In this document: piece after piece, positions 25,020 to 38,122 of the stretch
How the letters are laid out: every line of letters starts with the position of its first letter
How positions within the stretch are numbered: position 1 is the first letter of the stretch
NCBI GenBank assembly: GCA_000708835.1
Contig: DF237096.1
Span: forward strand, 62,001 to 126,000
Length of the DNA stretch: 64,000 nucleotides
Origin: Klebsormidium nitens
Lineage: Eukaryota > Plantae > Klebsormidiophyceae
Direction of reading: 5' to 3'
Notes under the pieces: generated by a model
The model's database searches: none
What the model saw: the letters and a program-made list of their open reading frames with translations, nothing else
Told to the model about the DNA's origin: nothing
Program-made: the position numbers and the translations under genes

Positions 25020-27752
25020 TTCTGAGCTCCCAATACTGTCATCATTGCAGAAATGTGCCTGAGGCCGCGAGCAACGGCACCTAATTTGGCTGGCAGAGCT
25101 AATGCTCAGTGCCCAACTTTTTGACAACAAGGATCCCCTCAAATTGCTACATTCGCGCACAGCATCCTTTACTCCTCCTGATTGCACAGCTTGCCCTACC
25201 TTCCCGGAGGTACTTACACTAATACCACTGCAACACTTATTTGGTCCCCTGGAGGGGCCCAAGCAAGGCACAACTCAGCCTAATAGCACACCGCTGCGGC
25301 AGTCCATTGCACTCCTCCTCAAGCGTGCCTCATCATGTTGATTTCGAAACTCCTCCCCTCCCCAAGATGCTTGACCCCGCTATAGCCCTAGGAAGTTTGG
25401 GATGCTTATCTCCAGCGAGAATGAGATGGTGTAACTGGCTCCCGTCAAAATGGACGCTTCCAATTCAAGGTTGAAGTGCAGCCTTATGCAGTCGCTGTCT
25501 CGGCAAAGACTTTCATCTGTGCTTTCATGATCTATCGCTCCGTTTGACGATTCAAGCATATGAGAGTCTGCACCCAAGGCCTGCTCCAAACAACTTTCAT
25601 CTGCCTCAGCCCCATATGCTGGCAACAAAGAATGGAAAAGGAGCGTATAGCTATCCTGAGCTGGGGGACCATTCATCCCAGCTGATTGGCTGCCGATGTT
25701 CAGGGCTCTTAAATCAGCACCTAGACAGCTAGATTCTTCATCTTTCTGAGTCACACTCTGCAGCATCATTGATATGAGCTGTTTGTCCTCCAGGACTCCC
25801 ACCGCATGCGACGTTTTAGAGTCCAGGTCTAGATAATGCTCCAGGGTGAGTGCTAAGTTTTCTGCCATTGGAGAGAAGCTGCAATCAGCCGCACATCCGA
25901 AGCTGCAGTCTCCTCGAAAACGTCCTAGAAAGAGGAAAGAGAAGGCATCCGAGCTTCTGCAAGCGTTTGCCCATTCTCCGTTTCAACACGCTTTGTTAAC
26001 ACGGGCAATCAAACAGCTGCACCCAAAATACCGCGCCTTGAGGCGACTTTTGACGCCTCTGGCAGCCGTGCCAATCTTCTATCCTACTTTCCAATGCCAG
26101 AATCGGTACTCCATATGGAATCCAAATATAATGGACGCAGACCTGCTGAGGCTGTGGCGAAGATTTAATAGCAACCTGTACTAGATAGCTCAAATTGCGC
26201 AGTGCTGCCTGTTGGCATTGCCTGTGATCGCCCATGCATCTCCCAAAATTCGCCTCTTTTGGCAGTTTTGCACTGGTCCACTCAGCACTGTGCAGACTCC
26301 AGACTTGAGAGTGTGCACGCACACGCCTTTAACAATCCAGAATCGCTTCTCAAATTGACACTTTCGTGGGAAGCTCAGGTTCTACGAGAGCGAATCGTGC
26401 CTGGCACTGGTTGACCGGTGTCAGAAAGACTGCGACTGAGTTCACTGTTCAGAATCCGGATCCTAGCTCTAGGTACAACGTTCAATGCACGCAGGGAGCC
26501 AATGATTGACAGTGGGAATCTATCGACATGCATGTCAGACGTAACCTAGGTACATCTGACATCGACCGACCACCCACCATAGGCCGTCTGATCCCAAGTT
26601 GACGCACGGCGTATAAGCTGCAGTGCAGCCCGGTCGGAGCGTACCCGGCCTAGTTGACGGCCTCTTGTCGGGTCGTTTTGGTCGGTTATAACGACACACC
26701 GTCTTTGAAACATTATAAGGGCACGCACTTGAGCTGCATCAGGGGTCAAACATGGAATCGGAATATATCATGGTTGGCAATGGGCATCAACTGGTTCAAT
26801 TAGATTCGATATCGCCGGCAATCTGTACTGCCATCTGGCTGCTGGCATGCACGCAGCAGTGGGCAGCACCATTCACGCGTACCGTCCCTAGTAGTAGCCT
26901 GAGCCCTTCAAAATTCACAAGATCTGACTCTGAGGACGGACGGGCCCGATTGCACTTGAAGCTCGTGACATCTTTCTCTTTCTCTTAGAAAGACGAGCTC
27001 GTGAAGTCACGAGCACTAGTGAATTTTTCAAAGTTCGTATGTAGGTACGTATTCTGTGCAGAAGGACTGGCAATATCTGCAAGCCAATATTGGCTGAACT
27101 TTTGCTTCATGCTCCCTGCTGACTCTCTGAAGTTGTTGATCAACTTCACATCAACTTATTTTAATTATTTCCTAGCTTATGATTCCAGTTAGAGCATCAA
27201 ATACGAAGAAAAGAAGCTTGCTGAGAGGGTAACGGTGTAAGTTGTTGTCAGAAGACTTGGGGGCCCGTCGACATTGATGGCAATGGCAGGCCATGTGGTT
27301 GCACAATCACTCAAGTACGTTTTGCAACTTTTATATTCGACTATGCTCTAAACCTGAGACCGCAGTGCCTACAAGCTACCCCAGATACCCTACCCACCAC
27401 TTGGCTGACCTGAGGTTGAGGATATCCGGAGCTGCATGCGGATGTGCCAAAAGTGCTGTTGTCGGCCTCAAAAGCATGTGAGCCTTAGTAGTGAAAGTCT
27501 CCGATCGATTTGCAACCACTTGGAACAAGATCCCGGTTCGACTCGTTGGTAGGTGATACGAAGGCCTAACTGAAAAGAAAACAGACGAATTACTAGGACA
27601 GGGCTGTACAAGCGGTCCTCTTTAACTTACTGGCCTCCTTGTGTAGATCCTGTTCATAAACGGGCGGGAATTTCTTTCGCTTCTCTCAATTCCTCTCGAC
27701 TCCTCACTGCGATGTAAATCCTGCACTGTGTGCTGCGAAGTGACCAGCAATA

Positions 27753-30700
27753 TCAACTGTCGACCTTGTACTTCGCGAAAAGGTTGTTTGGATTCGTCAT
27801 CGCTTTGAACTCCAGACTGTTGCCCGAGGGATCCTTGAAGAACATGGTCCACTGCGGAAAGACACGTAGCGGTAAATACTTGACAGGACTTTCTTACATC
27901 GAACATAACAATGCTGTGGATGTACAGAGGGGGACAAGTCGCACGTTTCGAGTCAGGAACAAGGAACTGATCCGACATGTTTCGATAAGCTCTTGAAGAA
28001 TGAAGCGTTAAAGGAACAGTACTGAACAAGCCGCCAGAGATCGTCAGGTTCCGAACTATCCCTCTGAGCAGTCTTCAGCTGGCATTGCCCACATCACGCA
28101 CGGACCAATTCGAGCAATGTTCACTTGACAACCATTCAGAATTGTCGTCGAAGTGACGTCGACTCATAAGTACGTTCATCCAGGATGCTGATCAGTTCTA
28201 CAGCCCACCTTACTTGCATACAAAGGATTAGTACTCACCAAAAAGGGTTTCCAAGTTACCGTGGGCGGGAAAGGGATGCCGATCTACTACGTTACTGAAC
28301 ACGACCAAAAATGGTCAATTGAAGTATAGGAAGAATACCTATAGTAAGACCAGAAAGTGGATTGCTGAAACCCAATCCTAAGAATCAATAATGGCCAACC
28401 ATATGTTTCCTTTTGAAGTCGACAAAGACGAGGTCACTTGCCTGCTCGCCTGGCGCCCCCTTGAAGCGGATGTGTGGCTCGATGACGAACTCGATGCCCG
28501 CCTCCCGCACGCGGCTCGCGAGCGAGTGAAAGTCGTCTTGCGTCATGGCCAGGCCGAAGTGCGGAACGGGGACCGGATCGCCGTCTGCAGCACGGAGAGT
28601 GGGCGCTGACGTCAGCATCCACATTGGCGCTGACGCGAAGCGTCCACGTGGCATCCACCGACGGGGCAGAAAACGAGCACGGCACAATCTGATTGGACGA
28701 TATTGGGGGAGTTGCTAGATCTAGAGAGGGGACGGCCGAAAGGCTCTCTGCGAATCTGAGGTCCGGGCAGTCCTTCAAACCACAGCGGTGCCCCAAACTT
28801 AAGTGCTTAGGATCGTTAGGAGGCCTCGTCTTGGAACGAAGCGCTCTTAATATCTCAACAGACCGCGAAGATGGTGAAGAAAGAGCGACGAGCTGTTGAG
28901 ATTAGGGTGGAGGAAGGTTATAGGGGTCGTGCGGACGAAGGGGATGAGTTCGGCAGAACAAGCAGCACGACCGACTTCCTTCTTACAGACGTGACCGACT
29001 TTTGTTGATTGTCTTGAAAACTATTGTCTGTATATCGCCAATGTGGAATTCCAAATCAAGAAAGCGCATTCTCTTAAGTGGCGGGCTTCATCTAGCGACG
29101 AGAGGTTACGATACTGGTCTGCCTCGAAACACTGGCAATCTCTTCTTACTTGTTTACAGCTTTTTCGGTCTTCCTGGGGAACCGGCAAGGCTGTTTCTAA
29201 GAATCAGGAAGGAACAACCCGGGGGAAACCGCTACATGGATCATTCCAGGAAGGAAGAGGGGTCGGAAAACTTCTGAAGAGTTGATCAAGTTCGGATGCT
29301 TGCTGACACCGGCCATGGGTGAAAGTGGAAAGTCGCCTACGGCCATAGACGTAGGCCGATTGCACTGTCGGATATCCATTGGGCCAGGACTTTAGGAGGC
29401 AAGTGACAGATGCAAACCTCGATATAGCGGGGAGAACTGGAAAAAGCAGAGCGTGAAACCGAACAATGCACTTGGTCGCTCCGCAAGGTGGAAGTTGATC
29501 CTCTGAAAACCAGACTGCCATCCGATCTGCTCTCTTCGCTTTCAGATTGAACCTTGAAGTACGAAACTTTCAGGTGAGCGAAAGAAACGTACCCCTATGA
29601 TGTAGGATCTCGACAAGTGCCTTGAAGATAGTTACTATCAGCAGAACAAGGACTCAAGCGTCTCTCAGGTCACAACTCCCGTTCCGTAGACTTTGACCTC
29701 TGCAGATTGACCAGACGAGGTAACAGGAGTTGCAGGCAGAGCAAAGGCGTCTGGGGGGCAGGAGAAAGTCGAGCATCCTAACGCCCTGACATCAAATCTG
29801 CTGAGGTAGACTCCAGCTGATCTAGACTGAGAATTTCCTTCCTTCAAGAAGAGGTGTAACGAAGTCATGGCTTACCAACAGGGTTTGCTGTAGAAGCTCC
29901 ATTGTAGCCTGGTATCAAGTGACAGACAATCTGCACCAAGTATGCACAGATTGAGTTGAGAAACATTAGGAGGTATCGAGGCACAAATGTAACCAGCCCG
30001 AGGCACAGATATAAGCAGCCCAAAGCTTTTCCTAGACTGCCTTTTAACAGCAAAGATCATCTGGTGTATGCTTCAGGTTGTGGGATTGAATAGCTGAGAA
30101 GACCACCAGTGCACTGTGCACGACATACTACCATGGTTGCATATCTATGTCCTCAAGAGAACTCTAAAGATTCATCAGGCACCAAGAAGAGTTTGCAGTG
30201 CCTATGAGCATCAGCTGCAAGCTTGCAATTGCCGCTCTATTCAAGCCGGCAAGACGATAGAGGCCAGGAATCACACCTGATGACCAAACAAGTTGTAGTC
30301 AATCCATGTGTTGGCGCTGCGGCCTTCAGGGCAGCCAAGGATTCTGCAGACGCAGTGTCCAATAATCAGCTATAGGTATGCTCTTCCTTCTCTTTCAAAA
30401 GGCATGTACGAGACTCCGGGGCATACTGATCAGGCAACTGACGGCAAGTGCTCGACTTTTTGCACGATCATTCAATCAGAACTGACAGTTGGGCCCGCAA
30501 TTGTCAAATTATGGATAGCAGTTCTATTTCCGTGTCAATCAAGTAGTGACAACCAAGTACCTTGGCTTGGTAATCTGGAAATTATGATCTACAGGCTTCA
30601 ATGTACAAGGGCCTCCTGAGATACTAAACATATAGCGCATCATGCCAAATTGTGTTGATATTGTCAGAATGTATCCATTTCATTTCAGAAACCACTATGA

Positions 30701-31175
30701 GAATGTATCTAGGAAATAAAACCCTGGCCACAACACCGTTAGAGCGTGCTGAATCTTGATATGTATGATGGAAGGTGGTATGCCCTCACCTCCCATAGAA
30801 CTCGCGCGTCGCCTCAAGATCGTTCACTGGGAATGCCAAATGAAAGGGTGTAACTGGACCTTCCTCAGGGCCTCCTTTTGCAGTTGCTCTGCTTTGCTCG
30901 CTTTCCTGTCTGCCTGACACTGTTGCTCTGCAAATCACAGATGCCAACCGTCTGCTATTCAGAGCGCTCAGCAGATGAAGAGGGAAACCACTCTCAACCA
31001 CAGCTGCAGCATGAAATGACGGGCTCTGTGCAAGATGTGGAACAGAGTGAGAGGGTAATTGTTGTTTCAAAGCGCTGTTGGACCACTTCAAGGTGGCAGT
31101 CTCATCTGAGTGCGACAGCTTCGCCACAAAACCGGGCTGCAAAGAAGCACGGAGGCACGAAGAGGTGGCAGCCAT
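27753..31175 (-). CDS. VOC-superfamily glyoxalase / extradiol dioxygenase-like protein (bacterial COG3565-like) with an N-terminal transit-peptide-like extension (249 aa)
   Basis: Exons 31175-30790, 30343-30277, 29930-29876, 28584-28442, 27851-27753 total 750 nt. Core [46 protein letters not shown]...[11 protein letters not shown]...[34 protein letters not shown]. The roughly 100 aa Ser/Ala/Arg-rich leader ends near VICRA, like a plastid cleavage motif. The last intron has a GC donor. Confidence 0.88.
28436..28441 (-). other. Non-canonical GC-AG intron donor (CAG|GCAAGT) in the VOC gene
   Basis: The conserved GEQ must join directly to WTMFFKDP. The only frame-preserving junction is AG|GCAAGT, which otherwise matches the donor consensus. 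Confidence 0.85.
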
Positions 31176-31953
31176 TCTAATCAACCCGTAGAAGAAACTG
31201 CGTTTGCCCCTAACAACAGGTGGATTCAATCTTTACATTTAGAAAACTGTTCTGCCTAATTCAGCTGGCAGCACCTCACACACAATCGAAATGGATCGCT
31301 GGAGCGCGATGGGGCTAGCTGTCTGATTAGAAATCCTTCAGTGCGCAGGAAGCTAGGTGCTCCTCCACCGAGGAATGATGGATGCCCGGGGCCTGGGCTC
31401 TAGCTTTGCATGAACTTGAAATTCTGTGAAGCTTGGAATCACGGAACTGGAAATTGATAGGATGACTGCTTTCGACGACGAAAGGACGAGAATCAACCGG
31501 CTGCCGAATGTTCACTGTCAACTCGTGAACTGGGAGCCAAACAATACTTCGTTGAAGCCGCCTTCTAATTGGCAGGCCCCGGTTGATTTCAGCGCTCGAA
31601 GCTCACGTCGATTTTGCTGCCACGGGTCAGGGAAGGGACGAGCCAGAGGGATCATCTTGAAAGCTCTGTCAGCGCCATGGAGTCTCAATTGCAAGAGGCT
31701 ATAATGGCAAGCGCCTCCATGTTTCATAGGGGGGCGGCGACAGGAGGACGATGGCACAGCGTTACCTTTGTCATGCTGCATCGTGTCTGCAGCAAATGAT
31801 GTTGCATCATATATCGCATTAGCGGCGCGCCGCTCTGGTTAAACTGCCGGCCCGACCAACTTTCCTGAGACATCCACTCTGGACCTAAGAGTGGCGCTAA
31901 ATGCGCTGCAGTCAGCAAGTCGATTCTCCGGTTGCTTAGTCATCTTCCCAACC

Positions 31954-34900
31954 ATGAACTTGGTCTCACTTCGAGAACTTGCACAGCTGGTTCAAGCAAA
32001 CAAAGGGGGCAGGTTGCTAGGCTTGGATGTCGGCACCAGCAGCGTTGGGGTGGCAATCTCCGATACCGTGTGCCGCATTGCACATGTCCACAGGTGAGCC
32101 AAGCTGTCTAACCAGAAACTTTTATTTGTTTGAGCGAAAATTTGGGGCTGCACTTCCTACTAAGACTGTGCCTGACTTTCTCGATTGTAGTCATACTTGA
32201 AGGTCTTATTTGCAAACCCAACCTAGAATCCTGTAAAGCAGCCTGTCAGGACGTCCTGATTTCACTGAGTATAACAAGGCGCCGCTACTTCTGTTGTTCC
32301 ACCCTACCTTTCTCCATCTGCAAATCACCTATGAAAACTCACTTGCAGACAGCTAGCTTCCAAAGATCCTCTCATTCCTAGGCAGTACTTTTGAACCCTT
32401 TGTCCTGATGTGCAGTGCCATTTACGAGAAGCTAGACAGTCCCACAATGGTCAAGAGTGCAGCTGTCATTGAGAACGCGGTACGTTTACTCGGCCACAGC
32501 GAACGACGCCCGTTCTCCCCCTGCCTTCTCATCGACGTTGACCCAAAGCACCACTGTGTCAATGACGTTAAGGTTTGATTGGCTTTGTTTGTCTGGCTGG
32601 GTCCGACAATAGACAGAAAGAGAGTCCCTTCAAACCACAGGCGGCTGCAGGGCAATCAATGATATTAATGGCAATTCATTATGGAAGGTGCAATCATTAT
32701 CGGCTCCAAAAAGGACCTGCAATGGCTACTCTGAAGGTTGACTATCCATTTAGATGAGAAATGCTTCTAGGGTATTCTGCATGCTGATGCTACAAGAATC
32801 AGACCGCCAATTCGGGGCGACTGCCACCTTTAGTGAGTTAGTGTCACCTCTATCCCCTCCAAACCGCTGCTTTCAATCATCCACAGGTCAGCAATGAGGG
32901 CGTTATAGGTCTTGTCGTTGGGAGCCCCTTAGACAAGTCGGGACGAGAGCCGCAAAAGGATGTGAGTGCAAATCTAGACTCACTCTTCTTGGTAACCACT
33001 ATCCCTCGTAGCAAGGTGCTGGGAGAGATACTTTGGAAAAGGTGAGACAAGATCCTGAGGCATTGGTTGCTTGGAGATCGTAAGCATCGCGCACACTTTC
33101 TATCCTGGATTGCGGTTTGCTAGAAATCCTCGGAACCTCAGAGTCGGACAGTAATGTTGCAACCCATACCGACCAGCCTTTACCCAGCGCTGCCAGTCAA
33201 GGGTCACCAAGATCGGGGACGTGCATTCCTGAACAGGTTTTTCACTCCAGATCTTCGAAAGGGCAACTCTCCTATCTGACCAAGAGCGCAACGTTTCTGA
33301 GCAGCGGCAGTACTCAGAAAAGGTTCATGAAACTGTAGGTTACGATAAGCGGTGCATGGCGTCTAAAGAGACCCGCTTCAGACCCAAAACGTCCTGATGT
33401 GCCTTTGGACTTTCGCCAGGGAATATTTGTCAGTACGACGAAAACTCTCAGCGGATGATTGTCTACCGGTTTCTCTAGAGGTCGGTGACGACCTCCTGCT
33501 TCTTAAGACAGACGCTAGGTTTCAGAATCAGTCGCTTGGCACCTGTAACAGATACAACATAAGACCTTTTGTTTGTATCTAGCTATACATGGGTGCGAGC
33601 TGCTGAAAGCCGAGGAATAGCACACAGCATTTGCAGGCGGCGAGCATTCCAACTTCTTAGGCCTCAAACTGATTTAGTTCCTCATTCCTGCTTAGAGGCC
33701 GATCTGGGCAGCACACCAAACATCATCCAGTATGTCGTCCTCAAGTCAGAAGCGGCCAGGGTCGATCGAAGGGGTGTTACGAATCTTTTCAGTGACTCAG
33801 CGACCTGAGAAGATTGCTTGTTATCGTGTGGCTTTCCCATCTGCAGCGGCCAATCTGCTAGGTGTGTCTCCAAACCTTGGTGGCTTTGCTATTCAGGTAC
33901 TGTTGCACCGCCTCTATTTGCAGCGAGTGCACGAGGCCAGCCGCACGCTCGCCGGCCTGCCCACGCTTTTCTTCGACGAGTCAAACACAACGCAGGTCAG
34001 CTTAACCTTCGGCTTAACCTTCTCAGGGTAGTGACTGCCATTGTTGCCCCTGCATGACGTCTGCATCTTGAATTCGAGACCCGCAGTGGTACTTCAACCA
34101 TTAGATCAACCACGAATAGGAGCGTCCTGTTTTAGGTGCAACTCCTGTCCCTTTTCTGTTTCCATTGGGCAAATCCGACACTGGTCAGCCGAACTCGAGG
34201 GACGAGAAGCGTCCTGTCCCCTTATAGGCGGGTTTGGTTTCGCATGTCAACCCTTGAATATAATCATGAACTCCTCCATGATACTTCGCTTACTGGCCTG
34301 GTGTCGCTTTTGCGGCGTATATAGCCCTCAGGCCTCTAAGCGGGTCTACAAGCCTTTGGAAGTCTGTCACGTCCCTTCCTGAACCAGTATGTTTCTTCTC
34401 GAGCTCGGTCGTGTTGTCAAGCCTGCTGTCGGTCAGATTGGTTCGTCGGTGCTCACTCGGGTTTTGATTGCTTCTTGAATCTGAGTATGTGTATCGCAGC
34501 TTCTGCACTTCGTCATGTGCATTCCTTCGTTCTCTGATCAGCTTCCTCTGATGAGCTTTTGATCGGTGCAACTGCGCCAAGAGCGGATGAGAGGCACGTA
34601 TGAGCCCACCATAAACTGTAGCAATGGACATACTCTTGGGAACCGAAGGGCCAGTCCATTCCAAGAGCACAAAATCTGCCCATGATCCCGCTGAACAACT
34701 TTATTCCGAGGTGGCGCTCTGTCATTGCGGGCTGGTGTAGCGGACTTCTCTGCAAAACAAGCGGCGCCGTTTGATTCTTTCTGCACCACAAACAGATTGA
34801 AACTGTCAGTGGTCGGCGTCTCCCCTAAAAACGGAACGTGCCTGAGAGCAGAGTAAGGCAGTCAACGGCTGTTGCTTTCGCCATGTGCAGATCGTGAACA

Positions 34901-35593
34901 GCAGTCTCCGCCACATGGCGCCGCAGCCGTACGCAGTCATGAAGCCGCTGAAGGACAAGCTTTCGGCCGTCTACATTTTGCAGGCAAGCATCTTTTCCTG
35001 CTTACGGTCCACTTTCGGATCGTCTAAGCGTACCCTCTCTGGTCCACGACGAAGGTCATGGTCCACTCATGGGAAGCAATACTTGGGTGACACCGCGTGC
35101 TAGCGAGATGGGTCACAAAACTGTCGCCGCCCTAGCTTTGTCTGTTCCAGACTGCAAGTATTGTTCTCTAGAGCGGGGATTCTTGAGGCGGGCGGAAGTT
35201 TGGGTCGAAGGACCAGTAGCGGGTACATCTCGTGATCGTTCCATGACAAGATCCTCAAATCAAGCACGACGTTGGAAACGATTGTAATGGCCCGCGAGTA
35301 GCTAGCAACTGTTCAACATACCCGAAAGCATGTCAGGTGCCTGGAACTTCTTTTCGGGACCAGCCTACATTAAGAAATGCAACGCTCTGTGCTTTCACAA
35401 GGTCTAGGCACAGGCGGAGTGATGATGTAGAAATGTAGGTAATCAACCACTGTGCTCGGGCCGTGCTGAAGGCGTTTTCGTGAATACCGTGTAAAGGCGG
35501 GAATTAGACCAGAGCCCTGATTGTTTTGCCCAGGGTTGCCTCGATGAGTTGGCCAGGATGCGAGAAGAGGCTGGCGGCCACCGCGAAGAGTAG
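31954..35593 (+). CDS. yqgF: YqgF/RuvX-like RNase H-fold nuclease (putative pre-16S rRNA nuclease / Holliday junction resolvase-like; 176 aa)
   Basis: Exons 31954-32093, 32416-32479, 32887-32961, 33897-33995, 34891-34983, 35534-35593 total 531 nt. Motifs GRLLGLDVGTSSVGVAISD, GLVVGSP, LFFDESNTT and DKLSAVYILQGCLD. The acceptor of exon 4 is ambiguous (33897 or in-frame 33924). Confidence 0.87.
34984..34989 (+). other. Non-canonical GC-AG intron donor (CAG|GCAAGC) in the YqgF-like gene
   Basis: Joins ...SAVYILQ to GCLDELAR, restoring the family motif D(K)xxAxxILQxxLD. No suitable GT lies at that junction. Confidence 0.75.
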
Positions 35594-36816
35594 AAGCTGG
35601 AACGCCTGAAATGAGAGGCCTGACAGAAGCTGTCTGATGATGGATCTGTTGAGTGTCAGCGGATGCTCAACAGGTGTCAAGTTTCAACGCGGAGAGGTCG
35701 GACAGGGAGCTATGAGTACAAGATTTGGAATGCATGTCGAGTTTATTTCACAAGTAAGGATTGCCAGGACAACCTCCAACCGTTGAACCTCCTGGTTTAT
35801 TGACAACCTGCGGAATAATCTATGAGTCAATCAGGCGATTCAAACCGTCTTAATCACAAAGGGATGCATCAGATATGACCTGACGGCGCCCGATTCTAAA
35901 AAATCTGAAAACCGGTCCTAAATTCTTCAAAAGGCCACCTTCGGATGGGTTTGCGAGATTTAAACTACGGCGTGGTACACAACCATGGCGCTGCCATACG
36001 TCTAGCATGTGCGCAGCAAATATCAGGCCGGAGTTCACATTCAATGGATTGCATGTAAAGTAATCAATACACTTGGAAGACAAAATTGTGGCATGTGCAG
36101 TACTTCCATCTCTGGCCGCGTTATAAATCGATGATCGAGCTAGCCCACGGCCTGTGAGCAGTCGAGCGGTAACTCTCACGTCGAATGCGAGTCACTAGCT
36201 AGCTATCTAGCCATATGATAGGTTCTTTCAAATTTGGCACATGTTTAAGGAGGACGGCATGGTGATGTAACGAAATATGTGCACTGCACATGCCAACACG
36301 ATGAGCTAGAGGGCCTCATTGAGCTTGTTCAATGGTTGAGAACAATTAAGTCGCCGGTTGCCCATGTGCATAGAGCGGCCACCACTGACTTCCCTTCAAA
36401 AACCATGCAGTTTATGGAGACATTGCTGCCAGCTCGATGCATGTTCAACAGCCATACCTGGATCCCATGAAGATGGCATGTCAATGACTTGAGTTCGGAT
36501 CAGAAAAACGCAAGCCCAGCCCGTTCCAGAGCTCTCATCCATACCCTCAATATGACTTCCGTCTTGAGTCAGATAATGACCCGTCAACTACCACGATTCA
36601 ACGCTTGACCTGGCAAACGACCTCTTTATATCGATCGGCAATGTGCCACTTTTTGAGTCTATGTCTGACAAGAAGCAGTACGTCTGCCACCTTGCTCTCT
36701 CTAGATGCGCTCTCCTCAATTGTACTGTCGTCCAACAAACAAACTCCGCTTGTCAGCTCCCTAAGATTCATATGTACATGTCAGAGAAAGAAGCCAAACT
36801 CAAGGAGAAAACAGCT

Positions 36817-38122
36817 TCAAAATGGTGATCCGCTGCCCTTTGTCTGCCCCATCAGGTGATCCTTCGCTTCGTTGATTTTGCTGGCCAGGAAGTCGCTTCC
36901 GCCCGAGTCAGGATGATTCGCAATCATCACTTTTCGATGTGCATCCTTGATTTTCTCCAAGGCAGCGCTCTCCCTGCAGTTCCAAATTAAGAGTGTTGAT
37001 CACAAAAGGCACCAAAATCAAAACAATCAAACAGCCTAGTATGTGCAAAAACGGCGCCAGGAAGAACTAACCAGCCTGGTTCACAGAGGCGGCAGATCCC
37101 ACGGCGTCAGAAAGAACTGCCAATCTTTGTTTGCGGAGAGGGCAAATCCCAAATACCAGATCCAAAGATTGATCGCTCTGAACCAGATTATTTCCTCAAC
37201 TCATGAACAACGACCAGTCGTTGAGGGGAGAGTTACCCTCCTTGTCCACCAAAGGCACCAAAGGTGGGCTTGGTTCATTTGACCAAAGGGCACCAGCAAT
37301 GGGCCCCAAGATCAAATGCGTTGAGAAGAACTACGAAGAGCTCTCATAGCCACTGACGCTCCGCGCGGTGATGAAAGCTAGAAATCAGTATCGCTCAACG
37401 CCACCTTTTTGAGAAGGATAAAAACATACCTGACACCGAGAATCAACGCGGCTTCTCGTCGGGTCATGACCGGCTGAAAGCCTCCTTCATAGTACTTGCG
37501 AATCCTTGCAACCGGCGGCCGCGCTCGGTACCGCTGAAGCGCCTCAAGAGCGTACTTGCTCCCATAGGCAGCGACCGCAATGCCGAGGCCTGCCAACAAC
37601 GGCGTGCTCTGCACATAGGATGGAATCCAGAGTGGTAGGAATCCTTGGGCATTAGGGTTCTTAAACATTAAGGTTTTAAGCGATGACGGGGATATGATGG
37701 GCCAGAAAAGAGTAGCTCTTAGGATGCGAGTTCCTACACACAGATACTGAAACGTGGAAAACACTCCGTCAGCAAGAGACCTGCAGATCAAGACAATCGG
37801 AGGCGTTTGGGCGACTAGGCATCCAGCCAGAGCCTGAACAATTAGCCAGCTCAGAAGGTCAAGGTGGGAGGCCGTGCTGTTCACGACAAGCGGCTCTTCC
37901 TGGAAACTCGTTTGATCTAAGTATGTTTTCAGAATACGAGATCAAGGCAAGTCACGACCCCAACCCTCGCAAAAGAAATACTGATTGATCATACCACTGA
38001 AGGCCCCACTTTCAAACCCACCATTCCCGAAGAAACGGGCTAGAGGACAAGACTCGTCTTGCTGACCATGCAAGCGCCCCCGGCTATGCAAGTCAAAGTA
38101 AGCCCAGCGCAGCACTTACCAT
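36817..38122 (-). CDS. PAM18: Mitochondrial import motor J-protein PAM18/TIM14 (112 aa)
   Basis: Exons 38122-38120 (ATG|GTAAGT), 37608-37430, 36973-36817 total 339 nt. [24 protein letters not shown]...[60 protein letters not shown] contains the J-domain HPD motif. Confidence 0.96.

Noticed and set aside
27000-27270. Minus-strand peptides SMKQKFSQYW and RYPLSKLL resembling hAT transposase motifs
   Set aside because: Short, in different frames and interrupted by several stops; chance similarity cannot be excluded.
35646-35673. Hairpin CTGTTGAG...CTCAACAG in the YqgF 3'UTR considered as a SECIS element
   Set aside because: It lacks the apical AA and the GA quartet geometry, and the upstream gene has no in-frame UGA.
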